DNA from: Eledone cirrhosa
Lineage: Eukaryota
Direction: 5' to 3'
Assembly: GCA_964016885.1 (NCBI GenBank)
Contig: OZ024742.1
Coordinates: 293,260,001-293,324,000, forward strand
Length of the DNA: 64,000 bases
Made by a program: the position numbers and the translations under genes. This document shows, piece by piece, positions 12,591 through 24,063 of the stretch (its first letter is position 1; every line of letters begins with the position of its first letter). Under the pieces are notes generated by a model that worked only from the letters and a program-made list of their open reading frames with translations, made no database searches and was not told the DNA's origin.

Positions 12591-15035
12591 TATAGATCAG
12601 GGGAGCACTCTAGTCAGTTAGATTTTATCCTCATCAGAGGACGTGACAGATGGACGGTCGTAAACACAAAAGCCTTCCCTAGTGAGGAATGTACATCCCA
12701 ACATAGCTTAGTTGTCAGCGACCTCACGGTCAGAACTAGACGAGCCCTGAAACAGAGGCCAACCTGGAGAAGAAAGATCTGGAAGCTGAAAGTCCCCTCA
12801 ACCAGTAACAGATTTAAAGATATTTTACTCAACGCCTACGACAGTAAAGAAGAACAGATAGAGACATTTAACGTAGAAGAGAACTGGGAGTTCCTAAAAA
12901 ATAACTTACTAGAGGCGACGGATGAGGTTTGTGGCTGGAGTAAGACCTCAAGCAGGAGGAGAGTGACTTGGTGGTGGAACAATAAGGTAGATGAAGCAGT
13001 CAAGGCCAAGAGACAGGCATGGAAAGAATGGAAGAACGGGGGGAGCAGGGTACATTACATAGAGACCAAGAGGGAAGCTAGGCGACAAGTATACTTAGCT
13101 AGGAGGGAAGCAGAGGATAGAAAATTCAAGCATGTTTTACAACGTGAGGACCAGAAACAGGAGGTATTCAAGATTGCGAGGCAGTGTGTCAGAGATAGTT
13201 GTGATGTCATTGGAGAGAAGTGTATCCGGAATGATAAAGGTGAGCTTGCCCTCACAAGTGCTGAGAAGAAAGATGCATGGAAGAGTCATTATGATAGATT
13301 ACTAAATGAGGAGAATGCATGGGAAGAAGAGACCCTACCCCACGTAGACCCTATAGAGGGACCAGCAGTACAAGTCAGCGGCAGCGTAGTAAGTAAGGCA
13401 ATCAGAGATATGAAGATAGGGAAGGCAACCGGTCCATCGGGTATAGCTGCCGAGATGCTGAAGGCATCTGGGTCTGTAGGTCACACTATAACCACACGTA
13501 TCGTTAACCAGGTAATACTAGAGGGGGCCATACCAAAAGATTGGTGCAGTAGCATCATTGTCAACTGCTACAAAGGTAAAGGCGATGCACTAGATAGAGG
13601 AAACTATAGAGGTATAAAGTTGATGGACCAGGTCATGAAAGTAACAGAAAGAGTTATAGCACAGCTGATTAGGGACCGGGTGAATATAGACGAGATGCAA
13701 TTTGGGTTTGTTCCAGGGAAAGGCACCACTGATGCGCTCTTCCTTGTGAGGCAATTACAGGAAAAGTACCTAGCTAAAAGTAAGCCACTCTACTTGGCAT
13801 TTGTCGACCTTGAGAAAGCCTTTGACAGAGTTCCACGTGCAGTAATCTGGTGGGCTCTTAGAAAACTAGGAGTAGATGAATGGCTTGTGAAAGCGGTACA
13901 AGCCATGTATAGGGGAGCAGTCAGCAAAGTTAGGATTGGCAATGAGTATAGCGAGGAATTTAGCGTACAGGTTGGGGTCCACCAGGGCTCTGTTCTTAGC
14001 CCTCTCCTGTTCATCATAGTCCTGCAGGCAATAACGGAGGAGTTTAAGACCGGATGCCCATGGGAACTCCTGTATGCTGATGACCTCGCACTCATAGCTG
14101 AATCTATGGTAGAACTAGAGAATAAATTCCAAACCTGGAAGCAGGGACTAGAGAGAAAGGGCCTCAAAGTCAACATGACAAAGACTAAGGTCCTTATAAG
14201 TAGACGAGAAAACAGAACCCAGATCCCCTCAGGGAAATGGCCTTGCTCAGTATGTAGGAAAGGTGTAGGTAGGAACTCCATTCTTTGCCCCAAATGCAAA
14301 CAATGGGTACACAAGAGATGTAGCGGGATCTCAGGAAGCTTAATTAAGAATGTAGGATTCACATGCAGCAGCTGTGCTGAAACAGCAAGCAAACAGCCAC
14401 AGGAAACAAGTACCACCAATCTCTGGGAGGGCCCTGTAGAAACAGTAGACAGCTTCTGCTACCTAGGTGACCGAATTAGCAACGGAGGTGGGTGCTCAGA
14501 AAGTACAATAACTAGGGTAAGAACGGGATGGAAGAAGTTTAGGGAACTACTACCACTGCTAGCTGCAAAAGGCTTCTCCCTCAGAATGAAAGGCAGACTG
14601 TATGATGCGTGTATCCGAACAGCGATGTTGCATGGTAGTGAGACCTGGGCGCTGAAGGTGGAAGACTTACGTAGATTAGAGAGAAACGAAGCCTGCATGC
14701 TCCGATGGATGTGTAACAGTAATATACGTGAACGACAAAGCATAAATGAATTGAGAGAGAGACTGAGCATAAGAGGAATCAAATGCTGCGTGCAGGAGAG
14801 GCGGTTACGCTGGTATGGACATGTGATGCGTATGAAGGATGACAGCTGCATAAAAAGGTGCAGAGCACTAGAAGTTGATGGAAACCGCGGAGTGGGGAGA
14901 CCCAAGATGACTTGGGATGAGGTGATAAAAGCCGACCTTACCCAACTACACCTCTCAAAGTCAATGACACACGACCGTGACTTCTGGCGTCACGCAGTAA
15001 TACAGGGTACCCGACCTCCCATGGGTACATGCTGA
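12591..15035 (+). CDS. RTE LINE ORF (partial APE, RT, PHD finger, C-terminal RRLRWYGHV domain); open but lacking its N-terminus
   Basis: The frame is open from 12591 into the 690-aa ORF. RT motifs NYRGIKL, QFGF, FVDLEKAFDRV, GVHQGSVLSP and YADD; RTE-typical RRLRWYGHVMR and GRPKMTW. Confidence 0.92.
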   Translation, partial: YRSGEHSSQLDFILIRGRDRWTVVNTKAFPSEECTSQHSLVVSDLTVRTRRALKQRPTWRRKIWKLKVPSTSNRFKDILLNAYDSKEEQIETFNVEENWEFLKNNLLEATDEVCGWSKTSSRRRVTWWWNNKVDEAVKAKRQAWKEWKNGGSRVHYIETKREARRQVYLARREAEDRKFKHVLQREDQKQEVFKIARQCVRDSCDVIGEKCIRNDKGELALTSAEKKDAWKSHYDRLLNEENAWEEETLPHVDPIEGPAVQVSGSVVSKAIRDMKIGKATGPSGIAAEMLKASGSVGHTITTRIVNQVILEGAIPKDWCSSIIVNCYKGKGDALDRGNYRGIKLMDQVMKVTERVIAQLIRDRVNIDEMQFGFVPGKGTTDALFLVRQLQEKYLAKSKPLYLAFVDLEKAFDRVPRAVIWWALRKLGVDEWLVKAVQAMYRGAVSKVRIGNEYSEEFSVQVGVHQGSVLSPLLFIIVLQAITEEFKTGCPWELLYADDLALIAESMVELENKFQTWKQGLERKGLKVNMTKTKVLISRRENRTQIPSGKWPCSVCRKGVGRNSILCPKCKQWVHKRCSGISGSLIKNVGFTCSSCAETASKQPQETSTTNLWEGPVETVDSFCYLGDRISNGGGCSESTITRVRTGWKKFRELLPLLAAKGFSLRMKGRLYDACIRTAMLHGSETWALKVEDLRRLERNEACMLRWMCNSNIRERQSINELRERLSIRGIKCCVQERRLRWYGHVMRMKDDSCIKRCRALEVDGNRGVGRPKMTWDEVIKADLTQLHLSKSMTHDRDFWRHAVIQGTRPPMGTC

Positions 15036-15334
15036 AGCATATAAACAATATGCCCCCCCCCCCCCCACCGCAAGGTGGTCGTGGAGGTGCCACGGCAAAA
15101 AAGCACCCAGCCCACACTGTAAAGTGGACGTGTAGGCGCCACGAAAAAGCACCCAGCACTCACTGTAAATGAGGTTGGTGTTAGGAAGGGCATCCAGCTG
15201 TAGAAATCAAGCCAGATCAGTTCCTGTATGAGCAAGGCATGGTCAGCCGACCAGACACTGCCCACAACAGGACAACCCGTCTAACCCATGCTAGCGTGGA
15301 AGAACGGACGTAAAACGGTGATGATGATGATGAT
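12591..15334 (+). mobile_element. RTE-clade LINE, family A, 5'-truncated, with (GAT)n tail
   Basis: Begins in the end of the APE endonuclease domain (YRSGEHSSQLDFIL) right after (TA)n, continues through RT and 3' UTR, and ends in gatgatgatgatgat at 15334. Confidence 0.95.
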
Positions 15335-18300
15335 CTAGCGTATTTTCAAACCTTAATTCCTAACGTATTTTCAAACCTCAATCCCTAATTCTAGCGTATC
15401 TTCAAAACAAAAAAAACAAAATCCTTTCCTTCTTCCTTCTTCGAAGGCATGGGGCGGTCAAACGCCTAACACACACAACCATCATGCCCCCCCCCCCTCT
15501 CTCTCTCTATATATATATATATATGATAGGAATTCACTTCGCCAAATTTCATTGCTAGCTGTCTCTACCCCACGATAATCATGTAACGTAATGTACAGAT
15601 TTCATTTCTCTTCCTCCACAAATCCTAATTCTAGCGTATTTTAATTCTAATTCTAGCGTATTTTCAAAACAATCCATATTTCGTATCAAGTCCAAATAGC
15701 CAATCTATCGCTAAAACAAACTACATTTTTTTGTTTTTATTAATTGTTAAATACAAAAGTTTTTGGTCGTATTGAACAGAACAAATTTTGTATTTTTGTT
15801 AATCGCTTGTTAAATGCAAGGACCCCATTCAATCATTACCTTCTATCTAGCTACCCAACACCCCTCCCACCACCATTGCTATTACGTGGACCAATCATAA
15901 AACAGAGCCCCCACGCATCACCAGTATTATTACGCGGACCAATCAGAAGCCAGAGGCCTATACTATCGCTTGCCTGGTTGCCTTTCGATATATGATGGAT
16001 GGATGGACTGCGGAATCCTGGAGAGTGGAGGAGAGAGAGAGAAAAATCTGGACGCTCAAGCGACAATGCCAAAGATAAAGACAAATTCACCTCTTGGACG
16101 AGAATGCGAGCACTCATTGTTTCGACCGCGGACGGCTAACATAACCCCATCGCCCCCGCCCCCCACCGCCCCCAACCCCCAAACGCAATCCAAAACTTCA
16201 GAGTTGGTACCATAAATGTAGGCACCCTAAAGGGTCGCGCTAACGAGGTTATAGAAATGCTTGAACGTAAGGAGGTCGATGTTTGTTGTATTCAAGAGAC
16301 CAGGTGGAGGGGTGGGTCTGCTAGGTTCATTGAGGGTAAAAAACGATGTTATAAGCTTTTCTGGGTGGGAAACGACGATGGGCTGGGTGGAGTAGGAATC
16401 ATGGTAGCAGAAAAGTGGGCAGATAAGATAATAGACGTAAATAGAGTGAACGACAGAATAATTAAAATACGACTTGTCCTCAATAGAACTACGGTGACAG
16501 TAATATCTGCGTACGCACCCCAATCCGGACTGCCCGGCACTATAAAAGACAGATTCTATGAGACACTGATGCTAACTACCTCCCAAATATCCGACAGTGA
16601 CTATATAATTATCGCAGGCGACCTAAATGGTCACGTTGGACAACATTGTGACGGCTACGGCGAAATCCATGGAGGCTATGGGTTTGGTACTAGAAATGAG
16701 GAAGGCTCCAGAATCCTGGAATTCTGTGATGCAAATAACCTAACTATCTGTAACACTAACTTCAAAAAACGTGACAATCACCTGATCACCTATAGATCCG
16801 GGGAACACACAAGCCAGGTAGATTATATCCTTACCAGAAGACGTGACAGAGTGTCTGTTGTAAACACTAAATCCCTCCCCCATGAAGAATGCACCTCCCA
16901 ACATAGACTGATAATTAGCGACCTCATAGTCAGGACGAGACGTACTCGACAGCAGAAGAGGACTATCCTCAGGAGAAAAATATGGAAGCTAAAGGACCCC
17001 ACAGCCAGGAATAAATTTCAAAGCATATTACTTGATGCTTTCGACAGTAAGGAAGAACATTTAGAGTCGGACAATATAGAGGGAGAGTGGGAATTTCTGA
17101 AAGCAAACCTGCTGTTGGCGACAGACGAAGTCTGTGGCTGGAGCAGGCCTGTAGGCAGGAGGAGAGTAACATGGTGGTGGAACAGTAAGGTGGAGGGGTC
17201 AATTAAGGCCAAAAAGCAGGCTTGGAAAGTATGGCGGGATGGGGGAAGTAGAGAAGACTATCAAGTGGCCAGGAGGGAAGCTAGGAGACAAGTGTACTTA
17301 ACAAGAAGGGAAGCTGAGGAAAGAAAGTTCAAGCATGTTCTACAACGCGATGACCAAAAACGTGAGGTGTTCAGGATTGCTAGGCAATGCGTCAAGGAAA
17401 ACCGTGATATTGTCGGGGAGAAGTGTGTACTAAACGACGATGGCACACTTGCCATCACCGACGCTGATAAGAAGGTAGCTTGGAAGTGTCACTATGAAAG
17501 GCTACTAAATGAGGAGAATAAATGGGAGAAAGACAGTCTCCCCCATATCGACCCAATAGAGGGACCAGCAGTGTTAGTCGAGGGGAGTATAATAAGTAAG
17601 GCAATCAAGGATATGAAGACGGGTAAGGCGGCTGGGCCTTCGGAAATAGTTGCTGAGATGCTGAAGGCATCTGGCACGGTGGGACACACCATGGTCACCC
17701 GCATAGTTAACCAAGTCGTACAGAATGGGGTTGTTCCGAAGGACTGGCATAGCAGCATCATCGTTAACTGTTATAAGGGTAAAGGAGACGCCCTAGATAG
17801 GAGTAACTATAGAGGCATTAAATTAATCGACCAGGTCATGAAGGTCACGGAAAAAGTAATAGCGCAACTAATCAGAGAGAGAATTGACCTAGATGAAATG
17901 CAGTTCGGGTTTGTGTCAGGCAAAAGTACCACAGACGCTCTTTTCATAGTACGACAACTACAGGAGAAGTACCTAGCTAAAGGTAAACCCCTCTACTTAG
18001 CTTTTGTCGACTTGGAGAAAGCCTTCGACAGAGTCCCCCGCTCCATTATCTGGTGGGCTCTTAGAAAACTAGGCGTTGACGAATGGCTTGTGAGGGCTAT
18101 ACAAGCCATGTATAAAGAAACAGTCAGCAAGGTTAGAATTAACAACGAATATAGTGAAGAGTTTAGCGTAAAAGTTGGCGTCCATAAGGGCTCTGTTCTC
18201 AGCCCACTACTATTTATTATTGCCCTTCAGGCTATAACAGAGGAGTTCAAGACAGGCTGCCCATGGGAACTCCTATACGCAGACGACCTGACACTCATAG

Positions 18301-19634
18301 CGGAATCAATGGCCGAGCTAGAGAAGAAATTCCAAACATGGAAGCACGGCCTAGAGTCAAAAGGACTTAAAATTAACCTGGCTAAGACCAAAGTACTAGT
18401 TTGTAGGAAAGAAAACAAGGCGGCGGTCCCTTCTGGGAAATGGTCGTGCTCGGTGTGTAGGAAAGGCGTAGGTAGCAACTCCATTTTATGTCCTAAATGC
18501 AAAGTATGGGTGCATAAAAGATGTAGTGGGATCACAGGTAAGCTAACTAAGAACATAGATTTTACATGTGGCCGGTGCTCTGGTGCAATAAGTAGCAGCA
18601 AGTGCCCACAAAATACTAGCTCTTTCAATTGCGCAGAGGGTTCTATAGAAATAGTGGACAGCTTCCGTTACCTGGGCGATAAAATCAGCAGTGGGGGAGG
18701 GTGCTCTGAAAGTACTGTAGCTAGAGTCAGAACTGGTTGGAAAAAGTTCAGAGAGCTTATACCACTATTAGCTGCTAAAGGGTTCTCCCTAAAAATGAAA
18801 GGCAGGTTGTACGATGCCTGCATACGAACAGCAATGCTGCATGGCAGTGAGACCTGGGCATTGTGTGCAGAGGATATACGCAGACTAGAGAGGAACGAAG
18901 CTTGCATGCTCCGCTGGATGTGTAACAGTAATATACGTGAACGGCAAAGCATAAACGAACTAAGGAAAAAATTAGAGATAAGAGGGATCAGATGTTGTTT
19001 ACTCGAGAGAAGGCTACGTTGGTATGGACACGTGATGCGCATGAAAGTCGATAGCTGTATAACAAAGTGCAGGGCAATAAAGATAGACGGTAGTCACGGA
19101 ATAGGCAGACCTAGAAAAACCTGGGACGAGCTGATAAACTCCGACATCACACACTTACACCTCTCCAAGACAATGTCACTGGACCGAGACCTTTGGTGGT
19201 ACTCAGTAACAGAGAAGACCCGCCTTACCTAAATATATAGTAAAACCTACTCCAGCCAGTAGGCATCTCTAACAAAATACACCCCGTCCCACCACCACCA
19301 CCCCCACCCCATCCACACCACCCCGTTCTATGTAAAGTTATGTTGGTGCCGCGCCATCGAGGCCGAAACAAATGAGATCGTGTAGGTGTCACGACAAAAA
19401 AACACACAGTCCACGCTGTAATGTGGCCGTGTAGGCAACACGGTAAAAACCTCCCAGACCCACACTGTAAATGTGGTTGGTGTTAGGAAGGGCATCCAAC
19501 TGTAGAAAACCTGCCAGACAGTCCTATGCGAGCAAGACAATCACTCTTGCCTCAAGTGGGACTACCCCCGTCCAAACCCATGCAAGCGTGGAACACGGAC
19601 GTTAAACATTGATGATGATGATGATGATGATGAT
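15335..19634 (+). mobile_element. RTE-clade LINE, family B, near full-length (5' UTR, short upstream ORF, main ORF, 3' UTR, (GAT)n tail)
   Basis: The 5' region from ~15640 is homologous to the minus-strand copy at ~62860-63210. ORF 16257-19232, (GAT)n tail to 19634. The exact 5' boundary is uncertain (15335-15640). Confidence 0.92.
16257..19232 (+). CDS. RTE LINE ORF: APE endonuclease, reverse transcriptase, PHD finger (991 aa; frame open from 16140)
   Basis: APE motifs (upstream RVGTINVGTL, CIQETRW, SAYAP, GDLNGHVG, SQVDYIL, TSQH) and RT motifs with YADD. The QG motif reads HKG (Q to K at 18186). Confidence 0.95.
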   Translation: MLERKEVDVCCIQETRWRGGSARFIEGKKRCYKLFWVGNDDGLGGVGIMVAEKWADKIIDVNRVNDRIIKIRLVLNRTTVTVISAYAPQSGLPGTIKDRFYETLMLTTSQISDSDYIIIAGDLNGHVGQHCDGYGEIHGGYGFGTRNEEGSRILEFCDANNLTICNTNFKKRDNHLITYRSGEHTSQVDYILTRRRDRVSVVNTKSLPHEECTSQHRLIISDLIVRTRRTRQQKRTILRRKIWKLKDPTARNKFQSILLDAFDSKEEHLESDNIEGEWEFLKANLLLATDEVCGWSRPVGRRRVTWWWNSKVEGSIKAKKQAWKVWRDGGSREDYQVARREARRQVYLTRREAEERKFKHVLQRDDQKREVFRIARQCVKENRDIVGEKCVLNDDGTLAITDADKKVAWKCHYERLLNEENKWEKDSLPHIDPIEGPAVLVEGSIISKAIKDMKTGKAAGPSEIVAEMLKASGTVGHTMVTRIVNQVVQNGVVPKDWHSSIIVNCYKGKGDALDRSNYRGIKLIDQVMKVTEKVIAQLIRERIDLDEMQFGFVSGKSTTDALFIVRQLQEKYLAKGKPLYLAFVDLEKAFDRVPRSIIWWALRKLGVDEWLVRAIQAMYKETVSKVRINNEYSEEFSVKVGVHKGSVLSPLLFIIALQAITEEFKTGCPWELLYADDLTLIAESMAELEKKFQTWKHGLESKGLKINLAKTKVLVCRKENKAAVPSGKWSCSVCRKGVGSNSILCPKCKVWVHKRCSGITGKLTKNIDFTCGRCSGAISSSKCPQNTSSFNCAEGSIEIVDSFRYLGDKISSGGGCSESTVARVRTGWKKFRELIPLLAAKGFSLKMKGRLYDACIRTAMLHGSETWALCAEDIRRLERNEACMLRWMCNSNIRERQSINELRKKLEIRGIRCCLLERRLRWYGHVMRMKVDSCITKCRAIKIDGSHGIGRPRKTWDELINSDITHLHLSKTMSLDRDLWWYSVTEKTRLT

Positions 19635-21478
19635 ATGAGAGAGAGAGATGTAAAAAGCAAAAACTATATTCTTAAACATTTTAGATATCAAAATATTAAA
19701 ACTTCATAAAAATATTCTCTCCTCATAGAAATTTACAGAACCATGCCATCTAAACATAATGTGTTGATTAGCTACCTTGTCTTATACATGGGATTTAGGT
19801 TTTTGCCCATTTATCAGACAAAGGGGCAGCATATTGCATTGACTTATACATGAGTATATACATTAAATATTTCGAGTCACTATACTAGTGAATAAATCAT
19901 TCTTAAAACTTGCCGTAATAGGATTAAAGAATTTAATTATTAATATGATGCAGTCACAGCGCTATTTTGTACTTTTGAAGAATGTCTTGTTAATGTGATT
20001 TCATGTGGTACAGGACATTAAGAGATAATTAATTCAAATACTGTTTCATTAGAAATATGGTAATGGAAAAATATTCGAAATTTCTTCCATTAATTCTGAA
20101 ATTATTATTTCATATTGATTGAAAATTAAGATTTTAGCATGCACAGTGTATTCTAACCAATTAATTGCATCATGGAAGAATCATTTTAACTATTTCTAGA
20201 AAACATGAAAGCACCTTAATTTGTCGTCTTCAAATTTTCACTGCAACTCTTTGCAAGCTGGCACAATCCATCTGCGTTGCTGTTATTGCATGTCAGCTTC
20301 ATTTTATAAAACATTGCATCTCACTTAGGATCTATACTATACTGTGTATATTCAGATTAGTATAGATAAATGGTATCCCTGAAAGTTGTAAGAAGCAACT
20401 AAATTAGTTGGCTCCAGAAAAGGCAACAGACGTCAAAAAAACACCATGATGACTATGTTTAGGGCCTGCAAACTGAACTCATGTTTCAGCAGGGAAAATG
20501 GCCCTAAATCTTTTGTTGTTGTCACATAAGATCCTTAGTTGGAAAGATGAACCTATATTGTTGTTTTTATCACATAGGATCTACAGTAGGACAGATGAAC
20601 ATTTTTGTATTTCAAAAAACAAAGAGAAAAGGATGTAATTAAATGAGCAAGATGTGGCCCCCTGGCCCTTGCGATAAAGTATCAATATGGTTTTAATGAC
20701 CTATCCGACCCAGGCCAGCATGGAAAACTGGATATAAAATAGTGATGAATGTTTTAAAAATGTTCACTTTTAATAATTTTATTGTATATATTTCCACTCT
20801 CTTATACAATATGAAGTGTTATTTAATAATTGTAATTATGCTTACAATTTCAATTATTTTTAAAAATAGTGAAATAGGTTTTACATTCTGAACAAATAAC
20901 AAAGAAAATCTATTTAAAAAAAAACAAACCCTCTCTGTCCTGTATCCCCCCTTACTGTTTCCATTAGTTACTGATTACTGTAGTAGTAAGTAGCTTTAGA
21001 TGTGATAAATGGGTAGGGAAGGTCAACAGTCTTAATGGCCTGTATGTGCTTATTTAACAAACATCAGCAGCATTAAATGACTCTAGCTCTCTCTCTTGCT
21101 CTCTATATCTACTATGTAACACACTACCATCATCACATCAACCCTTCACAAAGCTAAGACACATGCTAGCTGCTAGCAGCCAGCTGGGACACAAACCAGA
21201 TTTTGGGGGCAAAAATATATATAACTGTTCTATAACTCTTAAAGAAAATATAATAACCGTTCCTCTGTAGTATCTTGGTATTAATATCAATTATTTACAA
21301 AGAAATCATTCCATAATTTCCAGTCATATATACACACTGTGTATATATATGTTTGTGTGAATTTCCAAAGCATGTAAGTTAATATTTAATTCACTTTGTT
21401 GTCCTTCCAGGATGTAGTGGTTTTTATAAACTTATATTTTGTTTTTAGTTATTTGAATGCATAACAATCTGTTTACAT

Positions 21479-21570
<92 letters not shown>

Positions 21571-23745
21571 GAGTCGAGGCCTGACTCTTTCTAATATAAT
21601 CACACTACTATCCCAAGTATTGGGTACTCTGTTGAATAATGGTCTAATCCTCATATATATATACATTTTGTATACATATATATGTAATACATCTTTGTGT
21701 ATGCATGTGTGGCGTGTGTGTGAATGATTAAGTTACATCTGTATAAATATGATTTTGAATAATTTTTGTAAATTTCTAAAAGGAATTTATTCAAATTATG
21801 TATAGGTTTCCTATATATATTTTTGTTATAAAAATAACTACTTTGAGTTAGTTTATTTATCTATATTGTTATATAGAAAATGTAATTATGATCACAGTAA
21901 TGGTGATAGATATAAAGTTCCATAGCTTTTATATTTATAATATTTTGGCTTCATTATTTAATATTTCAAGGCCATACATAACAAGATTTGATAGATATGT
22001 TGCATGGAGCTTTTTTCATCCAATGTTTTCTTTGAGTATATATTGGTATATATTTCAGCCTTTGTATACATTCTTTCATTATGTTAAAAATATTAACCCT
22101 TTTATTACCAAATTTCTAATGAAAAACAAGAATTTTGAAGGATTTAGTAAAATAACTTTTCCATGTTTGAGCTGGTGTTTGAAACATAACAAAACATTCT
22201 TATATACAACTGTTGGAATATTTTTAGATAAATATAAGCACTTTAAAATACAGTCTAGTATCCTAGAACCAAGGGCAGTTTAGCATCAAAAGGATTAAGG
22301 TTGGTAAAATATGTCTACTATTTCTACATAACATTATGAAGCAAGTTTTATATTCAAATATGAAACATTTGATCATTAGAACCATGGGTGGTTTCAGATG
22401 CTTTAGTATTAGAAAAGTGAATTGAACATCATTAAACTTTTTTGATACTGGACCTCGTTCTATGACATTAAGCTTCTTTTTTTTAAATGCTTATATTTAT
22501 TTAAAAACCTTCAAATTATGTTCCAAAACTTCAGTTTAACCCTTTCATAACTGCATTAATAATGAAATACACTTTATTTTAATTAATGAAGAATTTCCAG
22601 GTATTTACTAAAATTATTATTTCATTATTAAGATAGTAACTGAATGTAAGGTTCTTATATAAAATTATGTTGGAAGATTTTAATTTAAATTAGAAATGGA
22701 TAGTTTTGTTTCATAGAACCAGAGTTGGTTTTGGCCTGGTTGGTAACTAAAGGGTTAATAACGAGACAGTGAGTTATATTAATCTCTGCAAATTCTTGAA
22801 TATTTTCATTAAAAACATTATTTTTTCATCAGACACAATTTTAGTTTATTTTAAATTGAGGAATAAAAGTTTAATTTTTTGTTACAATAGCAAAATTGTA
22901 GTTGCTGACAGTTTTTTTTCTCTTAAACTAAGTTTGTTTCTGGCTTCTATTTATCCATTTCACCCTTTCATTACCATATTTCTAATGAATTACACTGTAT
23001 TTAAATTAACTCTTGAAGAATTTTGAGGGCTTTACTAAACCATTATTTCATTATGAAATAGGTCTTATATCAAATTACATTGGAAGATTTGTTTGTTCTA
23101 TAGAAACAGAAGAGATTTTGGCTGGGTTGACCCTTACATTACCATATTTCTAATGAAAGATATGATTTTCAAATGATTTTGAAAATAAAGAATTTGGAAG
23201 GATTTTTAAGCTGGAGTTTGAAATATAATTTAAAGATTCTTACATAGAATTATGATGGAAGGGTTTTTAGATAAATATTGTGGTGATCCACACAATAAAT
23301 GCACTCAGTACATGCTGTAAAGTGATTGGTGATAGGAAGTGCACTGGGAGAACGTAAGACCATACATTAGCAAGACGATAGATCCCTGGCTTGTCTGGGA
23401 GATCAGTAACCACTGCTTCAATACTGACTTGGTCTATGTGTTGGACACATTCTTTGCATTATTTGTTTCAACTCTTGAGTTAAAATTCAACTTTATCTTT
23501 CATCCTTCCAAGTCAATAAAATAAAGTACCAGCCAAATACTGGGGTTGATATAATTGATTTTTCCCCTCCACTTCAAAATTATTGGCCTTCTGTCAAAAT
23601 TAGAAATTATTTTCAACATGTTTAGAAATTTGTGTTTTCATTGCAGGCTTACTTGGGATTAGATATAGCATGTTTTTTCCTTTCTCTAATCTACCTATAT
23701 TTTTTTTTAAATGTTTATCTTCTGGATCCTTCGCTGCCTTACTGT

Positions 23746-24063
23746 CATCATCATCACCATCACCAGCATCATCACCACCTCCATCATCACCACCACCTCC
23801 ATCATCATCACCACCTCCATCATCACCACCACCTCCATCATCATCACCACCTCCATCATCACCACCACCTCCATCATCATCACCACCACCAGCATCATCA
23901 TCATCATCATCATCACCACCACCACCACCACCATCACCACCACCACCATCATCGGCCTCATCATCACCACCTCCATCACCACCAGCATCATCATCACTAC
24001 CTCCATCATCACCACCAGCATCACCACCACCACCACCATCGGCCTCATCACCACCACCATCAT
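23746..24063. repeat. Compound (CAT/CAC)n microsatellite with an 18-bp higher-order unit
   Basis: Iterated ctccatcatca(c/t)caccac; it explains the poly-His, poly-Ser/Pro and poly-Thr/Ile ORFs. Confidence 0.95.

Noticed and set aside
16080-16150. Possible HDV-like ribozyme in the RTE 5' region (cggacggctaac; ggatggctaag in the 62.9-kb copy resembles the P4/J4-2 strand)
   Set aside because: I could not build P1, P2, P3 or a P4 partner strand by eye. It needs a descriptor search before any claim.
13055-19042. Many minus-strand ORFs inside the RTE ORFs (and + strand ORFs at 60457-62512)
   Set aside because: Antisense shadows of the LINE coding frame with no independent motifs.
22790-22840. Minus-strand CTGATGA...GAAA
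   Set aside because: Only A/T-run pairing and no stem I; expected by chance.
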